Below, one piece after another: positions 1-13,900 of a stretch of DNA of 64,000 nucleotides. Every line of letters starts with the position of its first letter. Position 1 is the first letter of the stretch. Origin of the DNA: the human T2T-CHM13v2.0 reference genome, Homo sapiens. A program made the position numbers and the translations under genes. The notes under the pieces were generated by a model. The model was not told the origin of the DNA and did not search any database. It saw nothing but the letters and a program-made list of their open reading frames with translations. The stretch lies in NCBI RefSeq assembly GCF_009914755.1, contig NC_060933.1; one strand, given 5' to 3'.

Positions 1-1100
1 ACATGGATAAAAGGAGAAAATCTGGATGTAATTTTTATTTCCTAATTTTTTAAAGACAATGGGGGAAGAAATATGAAAGCAACATTAAAGACTATGGCAT
101 GGGATGTTTACACCCAAACAAGGGTAGTCAAGACAAACTTCTAAATATTCTCCACTAAAAGAGACCAAGGCACTCTAAAAGAATAGCTGATTCCAGAACT
201 GGGGCCCAGAAATCACAAGAAGAGTATAAAATATTTTTGTTTTGGGGCAGGGGGAGGGAGCGTTGATCAGAATGCAAGGAAATGTTCAAAGAATGATAGG
301 GATATTCCAAAAGGACATAGAAACCAGCTTGAAGGGGCCTGCACTGGCCAAATCTAGGACAATCTGTGTATCAAAATAATAACAACTGTTAAAAACAGAA
401 AATCCATCAAATAACATAGGAAACCTTTAGTCCATACCGATATAAATCAACAGCTGATAAGGAACAGTGTATTTACATAGTCTTAAAGTACCTGCCCACA
501 AAATACTACTTTTCCCCCAAGTAACAACTTTATAGTGGAGAAGGCTGGCAAACACCACCCTAATCAAGTGATCAAAGAGCCCATCATTACTAACACAACA
601 AATGGAAATTTTATAATGCAATGAAAAGAGCATTACTTCTGTGATGTTCTGTCAAAGACAGATACTCTGAATTGAATCACAAGGAAACATCAGACAAACT
701 CAAACTGAGGGACATTCTTGAAAATAAATTGCCTATAATTTTCAACAGTGTCAAGGTTATGAAAGGCCCTAAAGGAGACTAAAAAGACATTACAATTAAA
801 TGGAAATGTGATTCTAACTGAATCCTTTTGCTATAAACAAATATTATTGGGTCCATTAGCAAAACATAAATGGGGTATGAGGAATGGAGGGAACTTATGT
901 ATCAATGATAACTTGCTGATGTTGACTGTTGTATTCTGGTTGATAGAAGAATGTTCTTGTTTGTAGGAAATGCAGGCTAAAAATATTGGACAGGAAAGAA
1001 GGACCAGAGTGGCATCTTATTCTCAAAAGCCTCAAGAAATCAAAACTCCTTTGTACCATAATGGAAACTTTTTTCTAAGTTTGTGATTGTCTCAAAATTT
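1..1100 (+). mobile_element. Old L1MC-type 3' end fragment
   Basis: Recalled L1MC 3'UTR motifs (gctgattccagaactgggg; gacaaactcaaactgagggacattc; ctttttctaagtttgtgattg). Confidence 0.6.
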
Positions 1101-2089
1101 AAAGCAACTATTATTACTTTGGGGCCACAGAGCAAGGTGCTGTCTCAAAAAAAAAAAAGTGTGTCTGATGCTAAAAATTATGAAGGAGCAGAATTCCTAT
1201 TATGCGAAATAATTTTTAAATGTTTGGGTAACAAACTCTTTGGAATAGTTAAATTAATAAAGGAAATAATAGCAGTAGTATGATCAGGAAAACAAATTTA
1301 ATGTGGGATAAGGAGAAATGTATACTTCATGTAAAATTTTAAAATGCCTGGAAAATGTAAAGAAGGTATTTCTCAGATTGAGAAGAAGAAAATTAACATA
1401 CAATAAAAATGCACAGATCTTAAGTGTTAAGTTTGATTGTTTTTTAGAGAAAATCCTTCTATGGTCATCTCATGGCAGATTTATAAACTTTCATCCACAA
1501 GGTCAAGAAAAGCTGCATACAATAATGACTCCTATTAACACGACCATTTCTCAAATGCTGTATCTCAGAATATGACCTAAATTTTACAGTTGTGACTTTA
1601 GTTTAAATCAAGGAAACAAAACACTTAATATTCACCTGACCTTCTGGCAAGTACAATCATAAACTGGAAAAGTAAAGTGCATATTTTGGGATAGCTTGCT
1701 ATTCAGAGAACAAAAAGGAATGAAACACTCATCTATCAGCTTTCTGGGAATGTCAGAATAAAAAGATACTACAGTACTTTAAAAATATCAAACAGGTATC
1801 TGCAAGTTGGACGTTAGGTTTGATGTAGGACTTTGAATTTTTAAAAAATTATTGCATTTTATCAAACATCAATGCATAAAAGTTGTACAAAAGCAACAAG
1901 ATGGAAAAAGTATTGGGAAGAAATGAAGGCTATCTCAGAATAAACTAGGTCATTTAGGCTGGCTTTGGTTGCCAAGCAACTGGGATTTCTCACTTTCTCT
2001 TTGGAATAATCTAATCTTTTAAGATTTATTAAATTGTTTTTTCCCTTCAAGGTTTATAGTAACATATTTAGGAATCACACTAATGAGAA

Positions 2090-4075
2090 AACTGCAGGAT
2101 TTACATGAAGGAAAATTAAAAACTCTACTGAAAGACATAAAAGAAAACAAACAAAATATAACTTTCTTCTTAAAAGAATCAGAGTAATATAATTAATGTG
2201 CATAATTAATTATCTCAAATTAACTTACAACATCAACCCAATTCCAAGTGTGTTTTTTGGGGGACAGGAGTTACCAAAATAATTCCAAAATTTATCTGAA
2301 GAAATACGCAAGATATATTAATCAGTTAATTTCTGAAAAAAGAGTAAGAAATAAGATCTTGCTCTGCAATACATTAAGTCTTAGGAGCCGGGCGCAGTGG
2401 CTCACGCCCATAATCCTAGCACTTTGGGAGACAGAGGCGGGTGGATCACCTGACCTCAGGAGTTCCAGACCAGCCTGGCCACCATGGAAAAACCCTGTCT
2501 CTACTAAAAATACAAAAATTAGCTGGGCGTGGTGGCTAGCACCTATACTCCCAGCTACTCGTGAGGCTAAGACAGGAGAATCGCTTGAACCCGGCGGGCG
2601 GGGGGTGGGGGATGGGAGCAGAGGTTGCAGTGACCCGAGATAGTGCCACTTCACTCCATCCTGGACAAAGAGCAAAATTCTGTCTCCAAAAACAAACAAA
2701 AAACAACAACAACAAAAAATTAAGCCTTAGGGCACAGACGTGGAAATGGAATCCAAGCTTTTGGAATTCAAAAGGTAGTAAAGGTTAAACATAGAATGCA
2801 TAGCATGTGAGCAGCACACACATGAGGGTAGAACAAGACATGCAAGCAGAACGTATAAGCATGTTAGACGAGACTGTGCATGAGTGTGTGTACATATGAT
2901 CAGCAGGCATAGAGTGTGTGTAGAAAACTAATATATGACAAAGGACAAGTTTCACATTAGTAGATAATAAATGAGTTATTCAAGAATAATGCAGGAGAAA
3001 CTGGTCTCTTGGAGTAAAAAAAAGACTGAACCCTTACCCTCATTCCTACATCCAAAAAATTCCTAATAGAAATAAGAACAACTACAACACAGAAGTATTA
3101 GAAGAAAACATATGTAGATTCTTTTTTTAATCTTGGTGTACTAGATCTTTCTGAGCATGGTACTGAAGTCAGAAAAGATTGTATTATGACATCCTAAGAG
3201 CTTTGACCATGTATTTAAAAATTCATAGAGACTGAAGGTAGAATGGTAGTTGCCAGAGGTGGGAGGGAGGAAGGAATAGGGAGTTACTGTATAATGGATA
3301 GAGTGTTTCAGTTTGAGGTGATGGGAAATGGCATCTAGAGACTAAGTGTGGTGGTGACTATACAACAATGTGAGTGTACTTAATGCCATTAAACTGTACA
3401 TTTAAAAATGGCTGAAATGGTAAATTTTATGTCATGTATATTTTACTACAATAAAAAATGGGGAAAATGGCACTAACAGAAATCAGTATAAGTATTTTAC
3501 AAATTATCAAATAAAAGTAAAACATAAGATATTATTACTCATTTGCTCATCCATTATATTGGTGGCACTCTAAGCACATAATCTCTACAGAAAGCAATCA
3601 TGCAACATATACCAAAATTTAAAATATGTACATGCTGTGTCCCAGCAATTTCATACATATACATTGGAATACACATTGTCTTCCACGGCAATATACATTG
3701 TATTGGATTGGAATATGCTGCATTGGAATATACACTGGAAACAACTTCAGTGTATATCAAAAAGAAATTGGACGAATTATAATTCTCCTATAAAAGGGAG
3801 TATTATAGTCATTTAAAGCTGATGAGGTAATGCTATATTTGTTGTAATAAACCCATGTCCATAACATTACACAAAAAAAGATTTCAAAACATTTTGTGTA
3901 AAATTAGATATATAGACATCTGAATACACACCGAATATTACCACTAGTTATTAGTTATCTCTGGGTAACTGGATTGGTTTTGGTTCTTTTCTCTTTTACT
4001 TTTCTTGATTGAATGGTGTACCAAAAGCATGTATCCTATGTACAACTTGTAATGACAATTTTTCATTTTAAAAAG
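2090..4075 (+). mobile_element. Old L1M fragments (ORF2 end and 3' UTR pieces)
   Basis: Includes the L1MB-like 3' end attcatagagactgaaggtagaatggtagttgccagagg...tactacaataaaaaa at about 3220-3460. Confidence 0.55.
2386..2718 (+). mobile_element. AluS with a G-run insertion in the right arm
   Basis: Dimeric Alu; TSD attaagtcttagg/attaagccttagg. Confidence 0.9.
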
Positions 4076-4333
4076 TCTATTCTGTTCATCTAATATTGTA
4101 TTTATTGTAAGCTTATATAGTTTATTACATGCCATTAATATTGCCTAAAATAAGTTAAGGATTATATGCAGTAAATGTCGCTGTTTCAAACAATGTGGAA
4201 AACAAATCTCACCAGCTAACATTATACTGCCTTTCAACACAAAATCAGAGAGCTGGAGGAGTTCTTTGCCTAGAGCAAGAATACAGAGGCCAAACATGCC
4301 CTTAAAATCATAATTTTAAAAAAACCCACTTTC

Positions 4334-4606
4334 TTTTTTTTTTTTTTTTTGAGACAGAGTCTCGCTCTCACCCAGGCTGGAGTGCAGTGGCACGGTCTCG
4401 GCTCACCGCAAGCTCCGCCTCCCAGGCTCACGCCATTCCCCTGTCTCAGCCTCCTGAGTAGCTGGGACTACAGATGACCGCCACCACGCCCGGCTAATTT
4501 TTTTTGTATTTTTAGTACAGACGGGGTTTCACTGTGTTAGCCAGGATGGTCTCGATCTCCTGACCTCACAATCCACCCGCCTCGGCCTCCCAAACCGCGC
4601 CCGGCC
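4334..4606 (-). mobile_element. AluY with a short deletion near its 5' end
   Basis: Y diagnostics gcaagctccgcc, cacgccattc, gttagccaggatggtctcgatctcc. Confidence 0.9.
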
Positions 4607-5211
4607 AAAAACCACCTTCTTAAAATGTATTTACTTTGTGTATAAAGATTTTCTGTCCTTAAATAACTTCAAATTATTATACTATTTTTAACCACTTAAA
4701 AATCAACATGGGAAGACACAAAAGACTCAACGTGTGCTACATCAAAATAACAGAAAAATGGGTAAGAAATATTGCTATGCTACATTTCACATTCATCTTG
4801 AGGAGTCAAAAATCATTTAATAAACAATTCTAAAAATTTTTTATTAAGGTGTTAAATTCCATTACTTAATTCACTCAATTTCTCAATGCTTTTGTTAGTC
4901 TGTAAAAAGATGATTGAAATGAATGATTAAGTTCCTTTCAGATCTGAGATTTTAAGATGTACATAACAATAAATATTTTTTCTCCTTTTTTACTGTGAAA
5001 ACAGTTTCAAGAGAAAAAATTAACTTCTATTTCTAAATGGCACTGCTTTCTTATTCTTAAGAATTGGGGGGAAGAATTTACATATACAATTATGACTAGT
5101 AAAGTATCCTAAAATGAATAAAAGCACATAATTTTTCTTCATCTGTAAAGTATGTAAGTTATCATACCATGTGTTCCCATACCTATTTTTAAAAACATCT
5201 TTAATACTTAC

Positions 5212-5358
5212 AGCTTGATTAGGTAGATTGTCAGTCTTAAGTTCTCTGTGATTGGAATACTGAATATAAACAGGCTGGCTTCGAAGGTGAGGAGTAATAG
5301 GAGTGTAATAATTCACCATAGTAACGGCAGCTTCCTCAGAAGCCATTTCTAAGAAAGC
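5212..5358 (-). CDS. PTBP3: PTBP3 exon 5 (147 nt): second half of RRM1
   Basis: Acceptor tttattgcag|GCT TTC; donor CAA GCT|gtaagt. Translates [49 protein letters not shown] (49 aa), phase 0/0. Core of ORF 5020..5394. Confidence 0.97.
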
Positions 5359-5574
5359 CTGCAATAAACACAAGAAGGTAAAGTTAAAGCTCATCTTTTT
5401 GAAAGACAGTTAAGATATATTTTGCCATTCTAGCTTGCTCTAAACCCATGCACTCTCAAGTAAAATGACATTTCCCCCAAGGGGAGGGAAAAACAAAAAA
5501 ACACCTTTGCTTCAAAATATCATGGACGTTAATTAAAAACATCTAAAAAGTTGGGTTCACTGAAGAACTTGAGA

Positions 5575-5897
5575 AGCCAGGCGTGGTGGTTCACAACTGT
5601 AATTCCAGCTACTTTGGGAAGACAAGGTGGGAGGACTGCTTGAGCCCAGGAGTTCAACAGCAGCCTGTGCAACACAGCGAGAACCCATCTCTACAAAAAA
5701 TTTTAAAAATTAGCGGGGCATGGTGGCACATGGCTGTGGTCCCAGCTACTTGGGGTGGGGGGGTGAGGGAGGGGCTGAGTAGGAGGACTGCTCAAGCCTG
5801 GGAGGTTGAGGGTGCAGTGATCCATGTTTGCATGACTGCACTGCAGCATGGGTAACAGGAGTAAGACACCGTCTCAAAAAAAAAAAAAAAAAAAAAA
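5575..5897 (+). mobile_element. AluJ with a G-run insertion
   Basis: ggaggactgcttgagcccaggagttc; poly(A) tail. Confidence 0.9.
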
Positions 5898-6074
5898 GGA
5901 TTTAACTGCCAGTTGATTAAGGGATTTTATGCAGTTTTCGGTTTTCCTTTTATTTCTGTTTCTTTTAAAATCCAGAAATAATTAAAAAGATGAAAATAAA
6001 TGTGTACATCACCATTGTAAACGGATGCTTTCAGCGGCTGTGATTTAAGTTTATCATTAAAAACAGTGAGGCTA

Positions 6075-6393
<319 letters not shown>

Positions 6394-7082
6394 CTACAAT
6401 ACATAAACAGATACAAAATTTAATGGGGGCAATTAGGGGGTAAAAAGGCTAAAAACCGTCTTTAGGGGAGGAGAAAGAAAAAAACAGAGGAAAAAACATT
6501 GAGAAACACTAATAATACCCAGAGTCTTAAACAGAGATGGGGCAAAATGGTTTATTCTCCTTTTACCCTTTTTAAAAACAGCCATTTATGAATAAAATTA
6601 ATAGAGCATTCACTTTTCTTCAGTAAGAGTTTTATTATCTCATACTTTACCAACATATGTGATAGCAAGAAATGAGAACTAGCATGATATGGTAGAAAGG
6701 GAACTTGATTAAAATCTATGCCTGGCTATGACACCTTACTCATTAACACCTCTGAGCCTTAGTTTCCTCATCTAAAACATGAAGCACTGCCTAACAGGAT
6801 CTTTAAGTCTCTTTGTAGCTCTAACATGAGATGATTTTTACTTGAGATCATTTTTAATTCCTGTTAATTGGACTGTATGGGATTTTTCAGAATAAAACTA
6901 TTAAACTCAGCCTCTGAAAAGCATCCTTGTAAAATGGTGATCAATACTCTGGTTTTTCTTCAGATGGTATAAATCTTTCGCCTTCTACTCACATGATGGT
7001 GCACACTTTAGATTTGCCTTTTTAAGTGTTTCTAGGAAGAAACAAGAAAAAAACCAAGAACCACATAAAACCAGTTAATTAA

Positions 7083-7385
<303 letters not shown>

Positions 7386-7972
7386 ACCAAATCCTTCTCC
7401 GTACTCAATGTTTCAAATGCTTCCAATTAACACCCATGTTACATTTTGAAAAAAGGTTACACATAAATATGTAAAGGTATTTCCTGTATTTTACATGTTT
7501 ATATACATACACACACGTGCACACACATATCAACATGGTATCTACATCTTCATGTCACATTTACTTGTATGTATGGAATCACACTAAACTGGCCAGAAAA
7601 GAGTGCTATTTGGGGAATATCAAGTTTTACTTAAAATAATCTACGCTTTTGAATTTTTTTAATAAACATACGAAGCATTTTTAATTTTTTAAAGGTTTCC
7701 CAAGATAAGAATCATAATTAAGCATTCCTTAAAAAGGCATCTGAAATTCCAGTCTAAAATAATGGGAAACCATGCGTGTAGCATTGACAGACAGCATTAT
7801 CTTAAGTTACTAAGAATTCTCCCCATTCCACACCCTCTCTCTATCCTTCAACCCTCAAAAAACATTGTGAAGAAAATTTTTCAGTGATCTCCTTACCATA
7901 TTACCCACCACTACCACCAACTGCCCCCAACTCAGACTCACATGGCTTTAGTGTTCCCAGGGCTTAGGTTCC

Positions 7973-8287
7973 TTTTTTTGTATTTGTTTGTTTTTTGAGT
8001 AGGAGTCTTGCTCTGTAGCCCAGGCTGGAGAGCAGTAGCGTGATCTTGGCTCACTGCAACCTCTGCCTCCTGGGTTCAAGCAATCCTCGGCTCACTGCAA
8101 CCTCAGCCTCCCGAGTAGCTGGGATTACAGGTGCACGCCACCACACCCGGCTTATTTTTGTATTTTTAGTAGAGAAGGGGCTTCACCATGTTGGCCAGGC
8201 TGGTCTTGAACTCCTGACCTCAAGTGATCTGCCCACCTCAGCCTCCAAAAGTGCTGGGATTACAGGCAAGAGCCACCATGCTCAGCT
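7973..8287 (-). mobile_element. AluS with an internal duplication (ggctcactgcaacctc twice)
   Basis: TSD-like ttaggttcctttt on both sides. Confidence 0.9.
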
Positions 8288-8364
8288 TTAGGTTCCTTTT
8301 TAAGTACTGAGGCATTCATTAAAACATAGACATGCACATATATGTCATATTTAATTCTGAGGCA

Positions 8365-8586
8365 CAGTCTGAGTATCCCTTATCCAAAATGCTTAGGAAC
8401 AGAAGTGTTTTAGATTTCAGATTTTGAAATATTTAATATTTGCCTTAGATACTTACTAGCTGAGCATCCCTAATTCAAAAATCTGGAATCCAAAATGCTC
8501 CAGTGAGCATTTCCTTTGACTGTTATGGTGCTCAAAAAGTTTCAGATTTAGAGCACCTCATTTTCAGATTAGGGATATTCAACCTT
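8365..8586. mobile_element. Tigger4a/MER46-like TcMar DNA transposon
   Basis: TIR-like ends cagtctgagtatcccttatccaaaa ... ttttcagattagggatattcaacct. Confidence 0.75.
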
Positions 8587-8600
8587 TATCATAAAATAAA

Positions 8601-8928
8601 GACAGGCGTAGTGGCTCACGCCTATGATCCCAATACTTTGGGAGGCTGCAACGGGCAGATCACTTGAGGTTAGGAGTTTGAGACCAGCCTAGCCAATGTG
8701 GTGTAACCCCTTCTCTACTAAAATCACACACAAAAAATTAGCCAGGTGTGGTGGCAGGTGCCTGTAATCCTAGGTTCTCAAGAGGCTGAGGCAGCAGTAT
8801 CACTTGAACCTGGGAGGCAGAAGTTGCAGTGAGGTCAAGATCACACCAGTGAACTCCAGTGTACTCCAGCCTGGGCAACAGAGCAAGACTCCGCTTCAAG
8901 AAAGAAAAAAAAGAAAAAGAAAAAGAAA
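8601..8928 (+). mobile_element. AluS
   Basis: Dimer with A-rich tail. Confidence 0.9.
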
Positions 8929-9115
8929 ATAGTTTATAATCTTCAAATACAGAATATTTTTTAAAAATAAGGGACAAAGGATCAATTATTCAAATTATGG
9001 AAATCTGAGAACTTCCTACCCTGAGTCAATATTGATTTAAGTCATTCAAGTGACTTGATATCTGTAGTCACTGTACTAATAGTAGATACCTGAAGAATGA
9101 CTCAGGAAAAACTGA

Positions 9116-9525
<410 letters not shown>

Positions 9526-9747
9526 TTTGTCGCCCTATTTTAATGATTAGTTATAAACTATAGACATTAACCGTTCTGAGTCCTCAAAATACTGGTAAGA
9601 ACATCTCAAATTTAAAACGCAGGAACCACTCCTGATCCAAATCAACACAAATTTCTAGTTAGACAATTCAATTCTTTTTTTACTACAGAAGAACATATTT
9701 ATTTATTCATCCATCCATCCATCTATCCATCCATCCATTTTTTTAAC

Positions 9748-9993
9748 AGATAGGGGTCTTGATATGTTGCCTGGGCTGAAATGCAGTGCCTATTCACAGG
9801 CACGATCCCACTACTGATCAGCACAGGAGTTCTGACCTGCTCTGGTTCTGGTCTGGGCCGGTTCACCCCTCCTTATGCAGCCTGGACCATACTGATGCCA
9901 AACTTAGTGTGGATACCAGATCGGCTTAGTACACTACAGCCCAGAATGCCCAGACTCAAGCAATCCTTGAGGCAAGTGCCACCAAGACCAGGC
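9748..9993 (-). pseudogene. 7SL RNA (RN7SL) retropseudogene with internal deletions
   Basis: Minus strand contains 7SL S-domain sequence absent from Alu (CACTAAGTTTGGCATCAGTATGGT; AAGGAGGGGTGAACCGGCCCAG; GTGCTGATCAGTAGTGGGATCGTGCCTGTGAATAG). Tail has decayed to (ATGG)n. Confidence 0.9.
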
Positions 9994-11865
9994 ACAAGAG
10001 CATTTAATTAGCAAGCATATATCAACCATTTCAACTTATGTATAAAACATTTACAATTTATAAAATATGCATTTGTTACCAACAAAATTTACTGAACACA
10101 GGAAATGGCAAGTATCTCTAAATCAAACTATTTGTTTTCAGTTACCTTATTTGTCAAATGTTTCCACATAAAGTCTAGAAAAGCCATATTAACTGGACAG
10201 ATGTTAAACATGATGTATAACTGTACCAACCAAATGTAACAAGTGAACCAATGAAATGCTCCAAATGAACTACCAATGCTCTATGAAACAGTGATGTTAG
10301 CCATGTGACAGTGGATGAAACATCACAAATCAACCCACAATAAACAAATAAAACTCCCCAAATAAATAAAAATTGCACGATCTTAAAAGAGCAAAACTGA
10401 CTTCAAGTCATTTATACTATTTAAAGGTAAAAATGTCCGTGATGTACTTTGAAGCCATTATCCACTTGTGTCAGTAATATATTTTTTCTAATTTTTCTAA
10501 GACAACAGGATAAAAATGATCAAGGTAGGAAAAACAGCTATGGCAACTAGCTTGTTTCTAACTGTTTTTAAATCATCTTTCAACAGACAATTTGTAAACA
10601 ATAATATTCACTGTATGGGCATATTTCTGCAAACTCCTTTCTAAATGTTAAGAACATACTCAATTTCTAACATCAGTCACATAAAGGAAAAGCTAAACAA
10701 TATATCTGGAATATGATTCTTGTCACAGGATTTCCTTTAAGTATACAGAACCGAAAATTTCATGTGCTAAAATAATTGCTTCCACTTAGAGTCCAGTAAT
10801 TATTTACATTTTATTTAAGTATCTAGTCAAAAAGTCCAATTTTCATAGTACAGAGTGGAGAGACAGCCAAAAGTCACTACCCAGAGGAAGGCTGGGAAAA
10901 AGAATCCCCATTTGGCCCCTGACACTCCATCCTCCAAATGCCCTGAGAAAAGTTATCACTCAACAAGTAGATCTAGTGACTCAAATCAGAATCTCCTGCT
11001 TAAGTGCATTTACTAAAAAGATATTTTCTAAACAGGATTTGTGATCAAAACACAAGCAATTAACATAACACTTACAGTTAGCTTACCGATAAAAATAAAC
11101 CCAGAATCAGTAGCAGAGACAAAGAAAATTATGATGTTGCCTGCTCAGCCTTTCACAGGCAATTAGCCATTAGACATGGCCATGTGGTCTCTGTTCAAAT
11201 CATGCAAACCATACTATTCTCAGTAGTAGCAATTGTGTTAAAATAACGATCTAACTGGCAGGGATGCACGGTCTCCAAAGGATTTAAGACAAATGTGGAA
11301 ATACAACAAGGGCCAAATATTAAGGCATGTTACTTAACTTCTCCAGATCTTAGTAACCTCATGTGAATTTAAGAGGATATTAAATAAGTGATTTACTAAA
11401 TATAGGGAACTCAGACATCATCATCCAACCTCTTTCATGCCCAATGCTTACTAATCTATTTATTTATAAATGTATTTACCATGTGTTTCTTAAACCTATT
11501 ATTTATCAAAAGCAGATGAAACACAGTAATACATCACAATGTACTACAAAATACCTAGGGCCTAGATTTGTTGTCCTCTTCTTTACAGTAATAAACAGTA
11601 TAAAAGATTTTTAGGACAGCCAAAAACTTGCAAAGAACTAAAGAATTCATTCCAGTGGGGTCTGAGTTGGAACAAGAGGACATACAATTATTAAAATCAA
11701 CATGACAAGTATTATATTTTTTGTCATGGTCACCACAGAAACAAGTTTCCTTATTCATCTTAAGAATAACCTGTTACCTTCTCAAATGAAGACTCTTTAC
11801 AGTCTCTTCTGAATTATGAAAGAAGCCACATATTAATTCTATACCTAAAATAAACTGTTAGACTT

Positions 11866-12285
11866 TTTGAGAGGACATTATTTTGGACTAGCCTCCTGCA
11901 CTACACCCCAGCAGACCAGTTCAAATTAAAATGGAGTCACTCATGCAAAGTAAAGCAGGTAAATCCCCAAACAAACCAGTTTCTCCTGAAAACAGGAGAT
12001 TCACAGCAACCAATCAGAAAGAGCGTGGCCTATCTGAATCAGCACAATAAGTCCCTACTGCTTTGACACTTACTAGAAAAGTAAAATGCAATAACCCAAT
12101 GTTAACAAATTCACTTTTTGAACAATTGTCACTTCCTTGTTCCCACCTTATAAAAACCAACTGTTCTGTCTTGCCCGGTGGAATATTCATTCTATTTTAA
12201 AGAATGAAGTGTTGCTCGGTTCTAGAATCACAAATAGAAGCCAATCAAATCATGTTTAAATGTGTTGTGATTTTGTCTTTTGACA
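11866..12285 (+). mobile_element. Solo ERV1-type LTR (MER34/MER39-like, tentative)
   Basis: CCAAT box, TATAAAA, and the end tgtgattttgtcttttgaca typical of this LTR group. Confidence 0.6.
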
Positions 12286-12294
12286 ATACTATAC

Positions 12295-12618
<324 letters not shown>

Positions 12619-13005
12619 TAGATTTTTGAAAACTTAACTGTTCTTTAATTTGCCAAATGAGGTATAATTTATATCCTATCAGTGTTTTCTGCTAATCACA
12701 GGACATTTGATAAACCACTGTGTAATACAAAATATAAATAAAATTAAAAACAAATTTAAAAAAATATAAAATTTGTGTCTTAAGAAGAAAAAACATAAGT
12801 CAATGGATAAGAGAAATCCTGTTTCCTGTGTTACTACTGTTTGTTGCTTCCTGTTACACCCCCCCAAAAAAATCTACTTTTAAAACTAACTTATGTTCAT
12901 AGTATGAAATTTTAAAAATACAGAAAAGCTCAAGAAAATAAAAATTATCAGTAATACTAACATCTGGAGATAATCACTCTTTGTCAATCTTTAAATATTA
13001 CATAC

Positions 13006-13175
13006 CTGGCTTTTTCCTTTCAACATCAAAAGATTAGTTACTTTGCCAAATGGTAGACCTAATGATATGATCTCTGCTTCGGTGACATCACATGGAATTT
13101 TTCGAAGATGGAGAACACGGGAAGGCGAACAGGGAGGTCTATCTCGTTTAAATTTCTTGCTGTCATTCCCATTAG
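13006..13175 (-). CDS. PTBP3: PTBP3 exon 4 (170 nt): KKFK NLS half and first half of RRM1
   Basis: Acceptor ttttttag|CT AAT GGG; donor AGC CAG|gtatgt. Translates (A)[56 protein letters not shown]. Phase 1 in, phase 0 out. Absent from the supplied ORF track. Confidence 0.96.
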
Positions 13176-13781
13176 CTAAAAAACATAAGATTCTTTTTTA
13201 AATTACTGCAACTAATTTGGGTTGACATACTACATTAATCATATTGTCACATTTAATCCTAAATGAGTTTTGGGTTTTGAACTTCAGGGAAACGTGGGGC
13301 TGATGGGGGTAGGTGGAAAAGGAGAGTAGAAAACAAAACCAACTACCTTTTAATAAACAGGTGCTTTTGGTTTTTCACTGTGGGTATTAAGTTTTTTAAA
13401 ACTGAAGTCTGATTTTTAACTTCAAGGAAAAGTATAAGGGTAAATGAATTACATTATTTCAAATACCTCTAAATACTCAACTTTTTCTTATGACTAGAGA
13501 ACACTATTTATGATGCCTTTAATGTATTTTAAGGACATTTTTCTAATTTAGTCTATTGCTAAATAAATAAAATTTCAGGAAAGACTATGATAAAAATCTG
13601 GTATTTATCACATCCTAAGGAGATATGGATTTGAATTGTATATTTATTAAAATAAAGTTTATTTCTTGGGTGCTAATAGTCTTTATTTTTTAGAAGCTAA
13701 ACTGTGGTTTCCTATGATAATCTTATTCCTTATTATATAACAATAATTCTTAACATTAAGTACCACCTTGCTGAAAATGGA

Positions 13782-13900
13782 AATTTCCAACCCCACCCAG
13801 ACCTACTGAAGCAGAAGCTCCAGGAGTGGAACCCAACGACCTGCTTTAACAAGCCCTCCAGGAGATTCTATTTACCCTGAAGTTGGAGAATTACTGCTGT
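13782..13900. mobile_element. MER5A hAT-Charlie fragment
   Basis: ccccacccagacctactgaagcagaagctc...taacaagccctccaggagattc...gttggagaattactg. Confidence 0.7.

Noticed and set aside
5020-5394. 124-aa ORF as a standalone gene
   Set aside because: Only 5212-5358 is exon; the flanking residues are read-through of intron past canonical splice sites.
10164-10187. ATG GCT TTT CTA GAC (MAFLD) resembling the exon 5 start AFLE, suggesting a duplicated exon
   Set aside because: Similarity is limited to about four codons and does not extend.
11070-11090. Two minus-strand donor-like motifs (ACT|gtaagt, TCG|gtaagc)
   Set aside because: I could not find a convincing upstream acceptor to define an exon.
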